From the IMG/VR virus record IMGVR_UViG_3300031787_000010, positions 73,429 through 137,428 of that record: DNA of 64,000 bases. One strand, 5' to 3'. The notes beneath the pieces were generated by a model. It made no database searches. It had not been told where the DNA came from and saw nothing but the letters and a program-made list of their open reading frames with translations. Shown in pieces: positions 27,043 to 36,420 of the stretch. Numbering within the stretch: position 1 is the stretch's first letter; every line of letters starts with the position of its first letter. The translations under genes were made by a program, and so were the position numbers. Origin of the DNA: a virus. Lineage: Duplodnaviria > Heunggongvirae > Uroviricota > Caudoviricetes.

Positions 27043-27918
27043 CTACTTTTTCACCCCAACGGAACACAATTCTTTCTTATCCCGATATACACACCACCGA
27101 CATGCCTCTTTACTCGGGGTTGCTTTCTGTTCCGTGATGTAGTTACCCTCCTCGTCGAAAGCCGTGTCTACGAATTGCTGGAATCGATCCCAATTCTTGT
27201 TTAGCGAAGGCGTCTTGTTGGGTGGTTCAAACTTACTGACGCGTGGGATTGGATATGGAGAGTTCTCGAAAATCGTACGCTTGAGAATAATAAACTCTAC
27301 CGAAATACTGTCAATATCGACTCCCTCTTGTTGTGCGAAGAACGTCTTGTATAGAAGCAACTGTCCAACCTTATACGGGTCAGTCTTTGTTTTTTGGTCC
27401 CAGCCAGCCCGTGACGTTTTCAAATCATATAGAACATACTTGCCCGTCAGTTCGTTATACGTCACGATGTCAATGTATCCGATATAGTTTACGCCAGGTT
27501 TGATTTCGGCATGAAGTTCGTATTCGATACCAAAGAGCCGCGTATTAGACGTAGGAAAGATTTTCTTATAGTTCTGTTGGATGTAAGTAATAATCTGACA
27601 GCCTTGTTCGTAATACTCCATCAACGTTTTCTTATCGGACAGAAAGGTTTTCTCCCCATTAGCATCAATAATTACATTTTCCTTAAACAAGGTAATGAGC
27701 TTATCTTTGAACGTGTCATGTAAATACACGGACTTGGCAACAGTCTCACTCTTGTTATACAATGTGTCTAGCCACTCTTGCACCACTTCGTGAATAGCTG
27801 TACCGAAGATGGTATTGATAGACGTATCATCAAACTTGTGTCCATCAATATACTTCAACTTCCACGCTTGGGGACAATTCGCCCACATTGTATATTGACT
27901 ATAACTAATCTTGTTCAT
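27043..27918 (-). CDS. Cas4/RecB-like PD-(D/E)XK exonuclease with a C-terminal Fe-S cysteine cluster
   Basis: GYIDIV...YDLKTS nuclease core, N-terminal Cys (ANCPQAW), and C-terminal CRWCVYRDKKELC. Confidence 0.7.
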   Translation of the reverse strand: MNKISYSQYTMWANCPQAWKLKYIDGHKFDDTSINTIFGTAIHEVVQEWLDTLYNKSETVAKSVYLHDTFKDKLITLFKENVIIDANGEKTFLSDKKTLMEYYEQGCQIITYIQQNYKKIFPTSNTRLFGIEYELHAEIKPGVNYIGYIDIVTYNELTGKYVLYDLKTSRAGWDQKTKTDPYKVGQLLLYKTFFAQQEGVDIDSISVEFIILKRTIFENSPYPIPRVSKFEPPNKTPSLNKNWDRFQQFVDTAFDEEGNYITEQKATPSKEACRWCVYRDKKELCSVGVKK

Positions 27919-28148
27919 TCGATACCATCCAGTATTTTCTGCATCGTTTTCTGTTCACGCTTGCCGTATGAATTTACGGGTGTTTTATTATTTGTGTGGT
28001 CTAGTATAATTTGTACAGCATCCTTCACCACTTGTAAATCATTGACTCGAAATTCCAACGGACCATGACCTTCCAGTTCAATAAGGATACTCATCTTGCC
28101 CGTAAACTTCAAGTGGAACTCTTCTGGTTTAGTTTTCTTCTTTGGCAT
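27915..28148 (-). CDS. hypothetical protein (77 aa)
   Basis: Start overlaps the upstream gene. Confidence 0.4.
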   Translation of the reverse strand: MPKKKTKPEEFHLKFTGKMSILIELEGHGPLEFRVNDLQVVKDAVQIILDHTNNKTPVNSYGKREQKTMQKILDGIE

Positions 28149-28536
28149 CGTTATCGTCCTTTAGGGGAAGGTCACCGTTTTTAGCGTGTTCGTCGCAAGA
28201 AGTATAATACCAATGCCGACCACGAACAGCACCAGGCTTTCCGCAGGCTTCACAAATCTTAAAACTACGATTCTCAACTTCATGTAGAAATTTTTCAAAC
28301 TTATAAACAGGATGGTTTTCATCCATCTCATAGCCATCAATATATACACGGAGTCCACCATACTTCTCTTTGACCTGAACAATCTTGACGGTGTTCAGCT
28401 GTAGCTTTTCCTTCTTGTCAAAGATTTCGTCAATCAAACCAACCCACCCCGTACCAACACTACGTTTGGCAAGGTCACGGTCGTATCCGCCATCTTCGTA
28501 AATTACAAAACCAGGAAGTCTAGGTTCTTTACTCAT
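28129..28536 (-). CDS. hypothetical protein with a C-terminal zinc ribbon
   Basis: Start set at MSKEP (GAGGA RBS 7 nt upstream). CEACGKPG...CDEH. Confidence 0.45.
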   Translation of the reverse strand: MSKEPRLPGFVIYEDGGYDRDLAKRSVGTGWVGLIDEIFDKKEKLQLNTVKIVQVKEKYGGLRVYIDGYEMDENHPVYKFEKFLHEVENRSFKICEACGKPGAVRGRHWYYTSCDEHAKNGDLPLKDDNDAKEEN

Positions 28537-28564
28537 AAAAATCCTCATATCTGTGGTATTTTGA

Positions 28565-28593
28565 AATATAACATCTAGTAATTTAGAAGTCAA
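28565..28593 (-). promoter_or_regulatory. sigma70 promoter TTGACT-N17-TATATT in the divergent region
   Basis: Minus strand cTTGACTtctaaattactagatgtTATATT. A minus-strand TATAAATA lies just upstream at 28613..28606. Confidence 0.5.
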
Positions 28594-28657
28594 GTCGAAC
28601 TATTTGATATTTATACTAGGAGTTAATCTTGTATTTTCATATTAATAAGGTAATAAA

Positions 28658-30025
28658 ATGTCCCAGCACAAGATAGTCAAGATACCAGATTGGGTATTGC
28701 CAGATGTAGAGGGGTATTTAAATGATGTTGGTAAGGAAGGATGGGAATTAGTCCATCTATATAACCAACACGCATATCTAAAGTCTACCGCAGTAGGGTC
28801 TATATCTAGCGGTTCTCTGAATGCAGCCGTTGATGCGTTCGGACGTACCCGTATGTCGGAACCATTTACGTTGGGTGATTATAAACACACCTATGGAATT
28901 GAAGATGTATTCCTCAATAAATTAAACGGTGATGGTTCTGTGACCAATAATATTAATCGGTCATCCGTCACGATTGCCGCAACAAGTAGTACAAGTTACG
29001 CTATTCATCAAACTAAAATGTATCACCATTATATGCCTGGCAAGAGTCAATTGATTCTTTCCAGTTTCATATTTGGTTCACCAGTAAGTGGGTCCACCAA
29101 ACGTACAGGATATTTTGACGACTACAATGGTATTTTCTTGGAACAAGACGCAACCGGTAGTTTACAAATCGTTATTCGTTCTGCTACCAACGGCACGGGG
29201 TCGGTAACAGAACAACGTGTCAAACAAGAAAACTGGAATGTGAATACGTTATTGGATGGTGACTTCACATTAGATGTAACCAAGACGCAATTATTCTACG
29301 TTGATTTCCAATGGTTAGCAGTCGGCCGCGTTCGTTGTGGGTTCGTACACAAGGGTATTACAGTTCTTACTCACGTATTTGACCACACGAATATTTTAAA
29401 TGTGGCATATATGCAGAATCCCAATCTTCCCGTTCGGTGTGAAATTAGAAACTCGGTGACTACCGCATCATACATGGAACAAATCTGTTCTACGGTCGCA
29501 AGTGAAGGTGGGTATAGTGAAGCAGGTAAAGCATACTCCATATCTAACGAATCATTCCGTACCTTATCAAGTGGTTCCACATTACCCGTACTTGCAATCC
29601 GATTAAAGAACTCGGTGAACGGATTACCAAATCGTGCATTTATTCGTATTCAAGAAGCGGCAGTGTTTACGGACCAACAAACGATACGATACACCTTAAC
29701 GAAACTACCAAGTGGGTCAATGTTAACCACTAGTAGTGCATGGGTATCGGTAGATAACAATACTTCTGTTGTGGAATATAATGTAAGCGCTACAGGATAT
29801 AGTGATGGAAAAACTTTATTGACCGGATTTGTTGGAGCAAACTCGTTGAATATCAATCAAGCAAATCCATTAGTACAAAATCAATCCGGTGTTACCAACA
29901 AACAAAACTTTATCGCACAAAATTACGATAGTACAGATAGTGAAATCTATGTATTAATCGCAAAGAATATGACTGCCGACTCAACAAATGTTGGTGGAAC
30001 GATGTTATGGTCCGAAATTTATTAA
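28658..30025 (+). CDS. hypothetical protein, possibly structural (455 aa)
   Basis: The only long plus-strand ORF; Ser/Thr/Asn/Gly-rich with a beta-rich composition; no enzymatic motif. Confidence 0.5.
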   Translation: MSQHKIVKIPDWVLPDVEGYLNDVGKEGWELVHLYNQHAYLKSTAVGSISSGSLNAAVDAFGRTRMSEPFTLGDYKHTYGIEDVFLNKLNGDGSVTNNINRSSVTIAATSSTSYAIHQTKMYHHYMPGKSQLILSSFIFGSPVSGSTKRTGYFDDYNGIFLEQDATGSLQIVIRSATNGTGSVTEQRVKQENWNVNTLLDGDFTLDVTKTQLFYVDFQWLAVGRVRCGFVHKGITVLTHVFDHTNILNVAYMQNPNLPVRCEIRNSVTTASYMEQICSTVASEGGYSEAGKAYSISNESFRTLSSGSTLPVLAIRLKNSVNGLPNRAFIRIQEAAVFTDQQTIRYTLTKLPSGSMLTTSSAWVSVDNNTSVVEYNVSATGYSDGKTLLTGFVGANSLNINQANPLVQNQSGVTNKQNFIAQNYDSTDSEIYVLIAKNMTADSTNVGGTMLWSEIY

Positions 30026-30044
30026 CCCTTGTAGAGTATAAAAT

Positions 30045-30248
30045 ATGCCATTTCAATATTATGTAGCACAAATGCCATCTGGGTCTATGAACAGAACGTG
30101 GTTGAACAATGTAGGTTCAAATGTATCACATTCTTTTACAGGTGCACCGACCGGTAGCTGGAACCTTGTAAATGTAATTCCTATGTCACCTATCAACGGT
30201 GAAGGTGGTGGTACTGTTATGTGTTATTTTGTGTCTGGTTCTTATTAA
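30045..30248 (+). CDS. small Gly-rich protein (67 aa)
   Basis: Follows the 455-aa gene after a 19-nt gap. Confidence 0.4.
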   Translation: MPFQYYVAQMPSGSMNRTWLNNVGSNVSHSFTGAPTGSWNLVNVIPMSPINGEGGGTVMCYFVSGSY

Positions 30249-30441
30249 TTAATTCTAGTTCCAGCTCATTTATTTTGTTTCGAACCTCGTCTATACTACT
30301 TGGACGTTCGAGGTGTTCGTAAATTAAATTGTCACCAACGGCAACCGTTATATGAAACGATACTGGGGAATCCTGCAATATTGCATAGTGATTCCCCATT
30401 GTCGTTTTCCCTGACTCTTTACCAGTATACAGTTGATGCAT
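30217..30441 (-). CDS. hypothetical protein (74 aa)
   Basis: Supported by a TAATG coupling with the upstream small ORF (30441..30569). Confidence 0.35.
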   Translation of the reverse strand: MHQLYTGKESGKTTMGNHYAILQDSPVSFHITVAVGDNLIYEHLERPSSIDEVRNKINELELELINKNQTQNNT

Positions 30442-30569
30442 TACTTACCTTCTTGTCGGGCGATTTGCTCCTTCAATGCTTGTACATATTTGTCACCAAG
30501 CGATTCTGCAAGAGCGAATAACATATCCCGATTAGACTCTGTAACTCTGACTTCATTTGGATGTACCAT
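30441..30569 (-). CDS. small ORF (42 aa)
   Basis: Manual translation MVHPNEVRVTESNRDMLFALAESLGDKYVQALKEQIARQEGK*. AGGAGA RBS; stop overlaps the next ATG. Confidence 0.3.
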   Translation of the reverse strand: MVHPNEVRVTESNRDMLFALAESLGDKYVQALKEQIARQEGK

Positions 30570-30570
30570 A

Positions 30571-30816
30571 TTATTCTCCTTCGTTGTATGATGAGGTAGC
30601 AGGTAGTCCGCTATACTCGCAATTATCTAATTTTTCTCGGACTGCATTAATATCGTTTTGTAACTCTTGAATACGTTGCTCCATTTTTGTTTTCTTCGAC
30701 CCGAATGTACGTTCAAAATTATTTGCATATTCCTCCACGCTTATGCTAAGCGGGCGAGGATTGTCACCTTTTCCATTACTACTCATAGTATTCAACCTCC
30801 ACTCCAGCTTCTTCAA
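30571..30816 (-). CDS. hypothetical protein
   Basis: 81-aa ORF; the true start may be the internal Met (MSSNGKGDNPRP). Confidence 0.4.
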   Translation of the reverse strand: MKKLEWRLNTMSSNGKGDNPRPLSISVEEYANNFERTFGSKKTKMEQRIQELQNDINAVREKLDNCEYSGLPATSSYNEGE

Positions 30817-31225
30817 ACATAATCAGACTACGTTTTGCATGCTCTTCCCAAATACTCCCATGTGCACCGAATGATGGATCAATCTCACAAACTACCTTGG
30901 TAATACCAGCATTGATAATACCGCGAGCGCAATCAGCACAGGGTATACCACAAGTAAGGTACATCGTACAACCTTCAGTAGAGACACCAATACGTGCCGC
31001 ATTGTAGATAGCATTTCTTTCGGCATGTTCAAACCAATAATATTTTTCCGGTCGTTCTTGTCGTTCAGAGTGTGAGTCATCTATACCCCGTGGAAAGGAA
31101 TTGTATCCAGTTGAAACGATTTCGTTATTCTTTCCAACAACTAACGCACCAATCTGTGTGTATTTATCTTTTGACTTTAACTTTATCGTGCGAACTATAG
31201 TTCTAAAATATGTTTGCCAGTTCAT
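30779..31225 (-). CDS. dCMP deaminase
   Basis: HAERNAI...CGIPCADCARGII zinc-binding deaminase motifs. Confidence 0.85.
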   Translation of the reverse strand: MNWQTYFRTIVRTIKLKSKDKYTQIGALVVGKNNEIVSTGYNSFPRGIDDSHSERQERPEKYYWFEHAERNAIYNAARIGVSTEGCTMYLTCGIPCADCARGIINAGITKVVCEIDPSFGAHGSIWEEHAKRSLIMFEEAGVEVEYYE

Positions 31226-31698
31226 AGTTTTGCCTTCTTAAGTTGCTTGGAATCGATACCGTGGAGTTCACATAAAATCCGAAGAGCGCCTCTATTGTGT
31301 TCATAATAAATGTCAAGATATGTTGTTGCTTCTACCGTAGAGACATTAAAATATTTAGAAACCAATTCCACAAGCCACGACTCATAGGTATCTTCTTTCT
31401 GTCCTTTGATGTACTTATTAAACTGTCTACCCTTCGGTAACATAGAAGTTAAAAACATATAGTGTACACGTTCTGGTATACTGGTATATTTCTGTAACGC
31501 ATTTACTATCGGAGCATATGATGGGTTCATAGAAAGAAATCGATGAATCATATACTTCGAGTTTTTATACTTCTTCTTTTCAGCGTCGGTCATCTCATCA
31601 AAAGATTCCATACGCTGATCTTGATATATCATATTGATGAAGTCAAAGAGTTCTTTTCCCTTTGGTGCATCCGTTTGTGTTTTCTTCTTTGGTGGCAT
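31222..31698 (-). CDS. hypothetical protein (158 aa)
   Basis: ORF in operon context. Confidence 0.45.
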   Translation of the reverse strand: MPPKKKTQTDAPKGKELFDFINMIYQDQRMESFDEMTDAEKKKYKNSKYMIHRFLSMNPSYAPIVNALQKYTSIPERVHYMFLTSMLPKGRQFNKYIKGQKEDTYESWLVELVSKYFNVSTVEATTYLDIYYEHNRGALRILCELHGIDSKQLKKAKL

Positions 31699-32246
31699 TA
31701 GTTAAATCTCTCTTCTTCTGTAGGTAACACTTTTGTACCTGTACCATCGCCAAGGATACGATAGGTTTTAACGATACCCAAATCAGTAATCGTTATACGT
31801 TCAATAGAAATTCCCCATCGTTTTACAAATGTTTTTACCTTTTTGGTAATAGTATTGTTAACGTCAACGAGATTTACCCAATCAGTAACCTCGACAATAT
31901 CACGAATCATTCCTTGTGTGGTATCAACCAATACAACGTTAGCGTGTTCCACTTCTGTTAAATACTTTTTAACATCAGAAACGTGGTATCTGATGATTGC
32001 TTTAAGAACAATAGTTTGTTCGTCTTGTGTTGTCAAGGTCTGTGCTGGTAGACTGACCGATTGTGTAATCACGGTAGTTTCAAATATCCCATCGAAGAAT
32101 GGTAGCTTTAGATGAATACCCGGCTTCAAGTCCTTATAGAATTTCCCGAAACGAGTTTGTACGGCACCGTTCCACTGCTCCACAATAACATATGGAAGAG
32201 CGTCTTTACCAATTTTAATAATGAAATCTATAAGTTTGTCGAACAT
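31698..32246 (-). CDS. SPFH/band-7 (prohibitin-homology) domain protein
   Basis: PGIHLKLPFFD...QTLTTQDEQTIVLKAIIRYHV pattern. Start set at MFDKL, which overlaps the upstream stop. Confidence 0.5.
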   Translation of the reverse strand: MFDKLIDFIIKIGKDALPYVIVEQWNGAVQTRFGKFYKDLKPGIHLKLPFFDGIFETTVITQSVSLPAQTLTTQDEQTIVLKAIIRYHVSDVKKYLTEVEHANVVLVDTTQGMIRDIVEVTDWVNLVDVNNTITKKVKTFVKRWGISIERITITDLGIVKTYRILGDGTGTKVLPTEEERFN

Positions 32247-32247
32247 A

Positions 32248-33066
32248 TTACATAACCTGTTGTTTGTTTGCCCAGCCGTTATCCACACCTTGTAGCACTT
32301 CTATCTTGTCCATCTTCCCATCTTTTACATACACCTTCTGGATAAGTTGTGTGTATTCTTTAATATCCTTATACGACATAATAGGAATCTTCAAATCGTT
32401 TAGTATCCGTTTCTTCTCTTTCTTATTACAGAGGAAATAGATGTATCGATGTTTTGCCGTTTCTTCTTTACGCCAGAATGTATGTCCAATCGTACTGGCA
32501 AGGTTCTCTACGTTTTTATTTCCGTATCGCTCCCCTACTGTACGACTATGAATCCAATCACTATGTTCAAACAATCTGATGGAATAATCAGGCATCAGCT
32601 TCGATACACCACATCCTTGATATAACCAATTCGTTGCCCGATAGATAGTTCCCGTGTGTTCTTGTTCTGGGTCAGCGTAACTCACCAAGACTTTCACTTC
32701 TGGCGCGTTGTACTTTAACCACCGAAAGGATTCCCCAAGAAAATGACTTTCCAAGTTCTTCCCATATCCATCCAAACACACTAACCGAGTAAGTTCCAAC
32801 ACCTCATCCAGTTCTAACGGATGAGTTTTTGTAATAGAAGCTACTGTGCGATTACTTACGGGATGTCCATATGTCATTACGCCAATAAGCTTTTCACTCT
32901 GTCCTTCAAAGAATGAATGTGATTCTTCGATATGATAGAGCCCTAACGCATATCGACAACTAGACGACTTATGCGTGTAATGATGTTTAATGATAAACGA
33001 CGCCGCCACATCTTTGTTGATATGGCGGACAATCGTTTTACCAGTATTGACGTAACCTTCTTCCAT
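32248..33066 (-). CDS. conserved hypothetical protein (possible acyltransferase-like fold)
   Basis: 272 aa with a YADPEQEHTGTIYRATNWLYQG motif; function not recognised. Confidence 0.4.
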   Translation of the reverse strand: MEEGYVNTGKTIVRHINKDVAASFIIKHHYTHKSSSCRYALGLYHIEESHSFFEGQSEKLIGVMTYGHPVSNRTVASITKTHPLELDEVLELTRLVCLDGYGKNLESHFLGESFRWLKYNAPEVKVLVSYADPEQEHTGTIYRATNWLYQGCGVSKLMPDYSIRLFEHSDWIHSRTVGERYGNKNVENLASTIGHTFWRKEETAKHRYIYFLCNKKEKKRILNDLKIPIMSYKDIKEYTQLIQKVYVKDGKMDKIEVLQGVDNGWANKQQVM

Positions 33067-33068
33067 AT

Positions 33069-33647
33069 TTACCTCAAGCTTCTAACTTGATCAGCTAGAC
33101 CATACTCCTTAGCTTCCTCTCCACTCAACCAGACATCTTGTGCTGGAAGTAACTTTGCTCTAATTTGCTTGTCAGTTAGACCCGTACACTTCTTATAATG
33201 TGAAATCATACGCTTGGTGGTTAAATCAAACTGCTTCTGACTTGCCATTAGTTCGTGTTCCTTTCCGTAAGTACCAGCAGACCATTGGTGAGAAAGGATA
33301 CTGGTATTTGGTGTAATAATTCGATGTCCCTTTTCTCCTGCAATAAAGGTCATCAATCCTGCACTTGCGATAATACCCAATCCAATTGTGCGAACTGGAA
33401 TTGCACTTCCACGCATTACATCAATGAGAGCAAATGCTGAAAACAAATCGCCGCCATAACTACTGATAATAAGCGTAAGTGCTTCATATTGTGTCTTGTC
33501 TTGAAAGTTTGCGTCAAGAATCCAAGTAATACAATCCTTCACACTACCTTGGTTGAATTCCCCAGCAAAATAATAAATACCTTTATCTGTTAGTGAACTG
33601 GAACGCATGTCGGGAATTCCATATCCCTGCATATCCTCATTATTCAT
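33069..33647 (-). CDS. ClpP-family serine protease
   Basis: SYGGDLFSAFALIDVMR...GIIASAGLMTFIAGEKGHR is a ClpP-type Ser/His region. Confidence 0.75.
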   Translation of the reverse strand: MNNEDMQGYGIPDMRSSSLTDKGIYYFAGEFNQGSVKDCITWILDANFQDKTQYEALTLIISSYGGDLFSAFALIDVMRGSAIPVRTIGLGIIASAGLMTFIAGEKGHRIITPNTSILSHQWSAGTYGKEHELMASQKQFDLTTKRMISHYKKCTGLTDKQIRAKLLPAQDVWLSGEEAKEYGLADQVRSLR

Positions 33648-33648
33648 T

Positions 33649-33930
33649 TTACTTCTCTAAAGTAAGAGACGGCTTGCTGGTCGCATGTTCATTTGCCGCG
33701 AGTTCTTCTTCACGAATACGAACAGGTAGGAATTGCTTGTTGATAAATCCACACGCGTTACATGCAAATGTAGGAATCGGAACAATTGCTTCCTTACCAG
33801 TTGGAGAAACAAGAGCGGAAATACGCTTCATCAGTGCAACTTCTTGGAAAGTATAGTTTCCGCAGTTATCGCACGTGATATCTTGTGCATTAGTTAAATC
33901 CAAATTCATCGGTGGTTGCTGTTGTGACAT
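33649..33930 (-). CDS. zinc-ribbon protein
   Basis: CDNCG...CNACG pairs. Confidence 0.4.
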   Translation of the reverse strand: MSQQQPPMNLDLTNAQDITCDNCGNYTFQEVALMKRISALVSPTGKEAIVPIPTFACNACGFINKQFLPVRIREEELAANEHATSKPSLTLEK

Positions 33931-33939
33931 ATAATCCTC

Positions 33940-34866
33940 TTAATTTAAAATTGTATACAAAGTTGCTACGAAATTAATTTCTCTATCGGGGACTTGACCA
34001 TCTCTATACAATCCTTCAGCGATAGCTATTACTGCTTCTGGTACTTTATTCGGAGCGTATGTTTCTACATATTGATATAATAGTTGATACAGTTCCGTAA
34101 AATCTTGAATTTGTTGGTCTGCAACAATCTGTCGAATCTGATTGATTTTTTCCTTTAGTGGAATTGAGTTGGTAAGCACATCCACCACTTTCAGTTTCAT
34201 ATCCTGGCCAATCAGTTCCTCAACGCTGACATGCAGATTTCCGTCACGGGTTTGGAGTTGTGCGGTATTGATAATCTTCCGAAGGTCGGGATAATACGCG
34301 TTGACGATCTGTACGACAGTCTGTTTATCATATTCAACGCCTTCATTCTTAAGTATCTCGGTAAGTTTCAATGCCGCATCTTTCTTACTGGGCGGAGTCA
34401 ACTTATAGACCTGCGTTCGTGAAACAAGTGGGTCAATAATCCGTTCGATATAGTTTGCCGTCAAGATGAATCGGGTCGTAGCCGAATACGCTTCCATCAA
34501 GTTACGAAGAGCGGGTTGTGCTTCTCGACCCAAAAAGTCTGCTTCATCCAACACCACAATCTTCAACGGTTTAAATCCAATCGTAGAAGCAAATCCCTTA
34601 ATCTTGTCACGAACTGTATCGATACCACGTTCGTCTGAAGCATTGATAAACATATAATCACACTCAATATTTTTCACCAAGAGCTTTGCCGCAGTTGTCT
34701 TTCCCGTTCCGGCCGTTCCATAAAACAACAGATGAGGAATATCCTGTGTTTCAATATACTGTGCAAGCTTTGCCTTGACAGCATCGTTACCAACATATCC
34801 TTCTAATGTATCAGGTCGATATCGTTCAACCCAAATCGTATGTTCAGTCTTTCCACTCATAACCAT
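33940..34866 (-). CDS. clamp-loader AAA+ ATPase (RFC small-subunit/gp44-like)
   Basis: FYGTAGTGKTT Walker A, VLDEAD Walker B, and an SRC-like region. Confidence 0.75.
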   Translation of the reverse strand: MVMSGKTEHTIWVERYRPDTLEGYVGNDAVKAKLAQYIETQDIPHLLFYGTAGTGKTTAAKLLVKNIECDYMFINASDERGIDTVRDKIKGFASTIGFKPLKIVVLDEADFLGREAQPALRNLMEAYSATTRFILTANYIERIIDPLVSRTQVYKLTPPSKKDAALKLTEILKNEGVEYDKQTVVQIVNAYYPDLRKIINTAQLQTRDGNLHVSVEELIGQDMKLKVVDVLTNSIPLKEKINQIRQIVADQQIQDFTELYQLLYQYVETYAPNKVPEAVIAIAEGLYRDGQVPDREINFVATLYTILN

Positions 34867-36169
34867 CCGCCGTTAGTTTAATGTTTGGGTGTTCTCGTAA
34901 CGTATTTCGATACGGGCTCCATTTAATTTGAACACCCCATCCGAGTTCATTCAATAAGTCATACTTTGAAATATACTTCCGAGTATGGATAATGTCAATG
35001 ATGTTATCAATTGCTTTTGAGTTTAACATCTTCTTAAACGTAAATACTTTATCCCACTTATCAAACCATTGGTCAATTCTAATACCCCATAACATATTAT
35101 ATGACAGTTCTTTAGTATTATAGGTTAATGGGTTATCTAGCATTTCTTCAAACTTCTCTACGAATTCCGCTCGGTTCTTATAGAAGTATGGATAATCAGC
35201 GGGAACCATTTCGGGATAGCAGAGTTTCTTCGGGAGCAAGTATGGAACGTTCATTGACAACCCATCGGTGGTGCTGATACTCCATGCCGAATATCCTTCA
35301 AAGCACGCAACCCCAAACTGCATCCGTTGCATCTGTGCCATATATCCTTCACGCGTTGGTTCATCAATCTGCTTATTCCACGGACGGTCAATCTTGGCAT
35401 AGGTCGTATAGACGGTAAAGTCTTGACGCTTCTGCCAGAGATCATCCATTGCTTTCACAAACCAATTCCAGCCCGTGTAGTCATTCGCACGATGATTGAA
35501 GATAACCGACTTGGGAATAATGTTACTGACATCTCGTACTTCACTTCTATCTACGCCCAAGTAATGTGGCTGAATAATCTTGTCAAGCTGTGCAATCACA
35601 TTGTCGTTGAAATGTTCTTTTGCATATTCAATCACAAAGTTCTTCAACCACTTACTATTTACCCCACATTCTTCCATTTCCAGTATGCCCAAAATGTTGT
35701 TAAGGAACATTGTCTTGGCGTAGGGAGCGTTCTCCGCTACTTCAAACCAATGACAATATCCGATAATCTTTGGCATGAGATGTGTGCTGTTATGAATGAC
35801 GTTCGCAATCTGTGAGGTATGTTCTGGGAGATGACTATAAATAATATCATAGTCATTGTGTCTCCAATCAATTACCTTCAAGAACTCCGTTGCATCAAAG
35901 TGTGTCCGCATCAGATTGGGATACGTGGGCAACTTGTAAATGACTTGCTTGACGTTGGGCTTGTTCAAACTTTTAATCGTGGATGGGGTCAGCAACGTAT
36001 AATGAATTTTATGCCGGTCATCCATATTGGTAAGCACGGGTTTCAATACTTGAACAAAACTATCTCGTTCAAGGTTTTCAATATCGGTGTAGTTACCATA
36101 AATCAACACACGATAATCATACTGCTGATGAGCATCGTATGTTGATTCTAAAAAGTTTGTAATATCCAT
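34844..36169 (-). CDS. hypothetical protein (441 aa; possibly GT-B-like)
   Basis: No firm motif. Confidence 0.45.
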   Translation of the reverse strand: MDITNFLESTYDAHQQYDYRVLIYGNYTDIENLERDSFVQVLKPVLTNMDDRHKIHYTLLTPSTIKSLNKPNVKQVIYKLPTYPNLMRTHFDATEFLKVIDWRHNDYDIIYSHLPEHTSQIANVIHNSTHLMPKIIGYCHWFEVAENAPYAKTMFLNNILGILEMEECGVNSKWLKNFVIEYAKEHFNDNVIAQLDKIIQPHYLGVDRSEVRDVSNIIPKSVIFNHRANDYTGWNWFVKAMDDLWQKRQDFTVYTTYAKIDRPWNKQIDEPTREGYMAQMQRMQFGVACFEGYSAWSISTTDGLSMNVPYLLPKKLCYPEMVPADYPYFYKNRAEFVEKFEEMLDNPLTYNTKELSYNMLWGIRIDQWFDKWDKVFTFKKMLNSKAIDNIIDIIHTRKYISKYDLLNELGWGVQIKWSPYRNTLREHPNIKLTADGYEWKD

Positions 36170-36420
36170 TAGTCGCCTTTTGTTTGTGGCTTTAGTGTAT
36201 CAACGAATGTTTCAATCCGATATGAAATCTGTGCAAGATACAAAAGTATCCCATCCAGTATCTTCATAAAAATAGCAACCGGCCAAAAAATCCAGTAGAA
36301 CAACGACGGTTCATACTTTCCAATCAATCCCATTTTAGCACAGATAATCATAAACAGAAAACCAAATGCGAAATATGCTGCAAGACCAATAATAAATCCC
36401 ATAGTAGTAACAGTAATCAT
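36169..36420 (-). CDS. small membrane protein
   Basis: Two predicted transmembrane helices. Confidence 0.4.
   Translation of the reverse strand: MITVTTMGFIIGLAAYFAFGFLFMIICAKMGLIGKYEPSLFYWIFWPVAIFMKILDGILLYLAQISYRIETFVDTLKPQTKGD

Noticed and set aside
30300-30521. Plus-strand ORF of 73 aa
   Set aside because: The minus strand here carries two translationally coupled ORFs (30441..30569 and 30217..30441) with an RBS and a TAATG overlap, so the plus frame is most likely a shadow.
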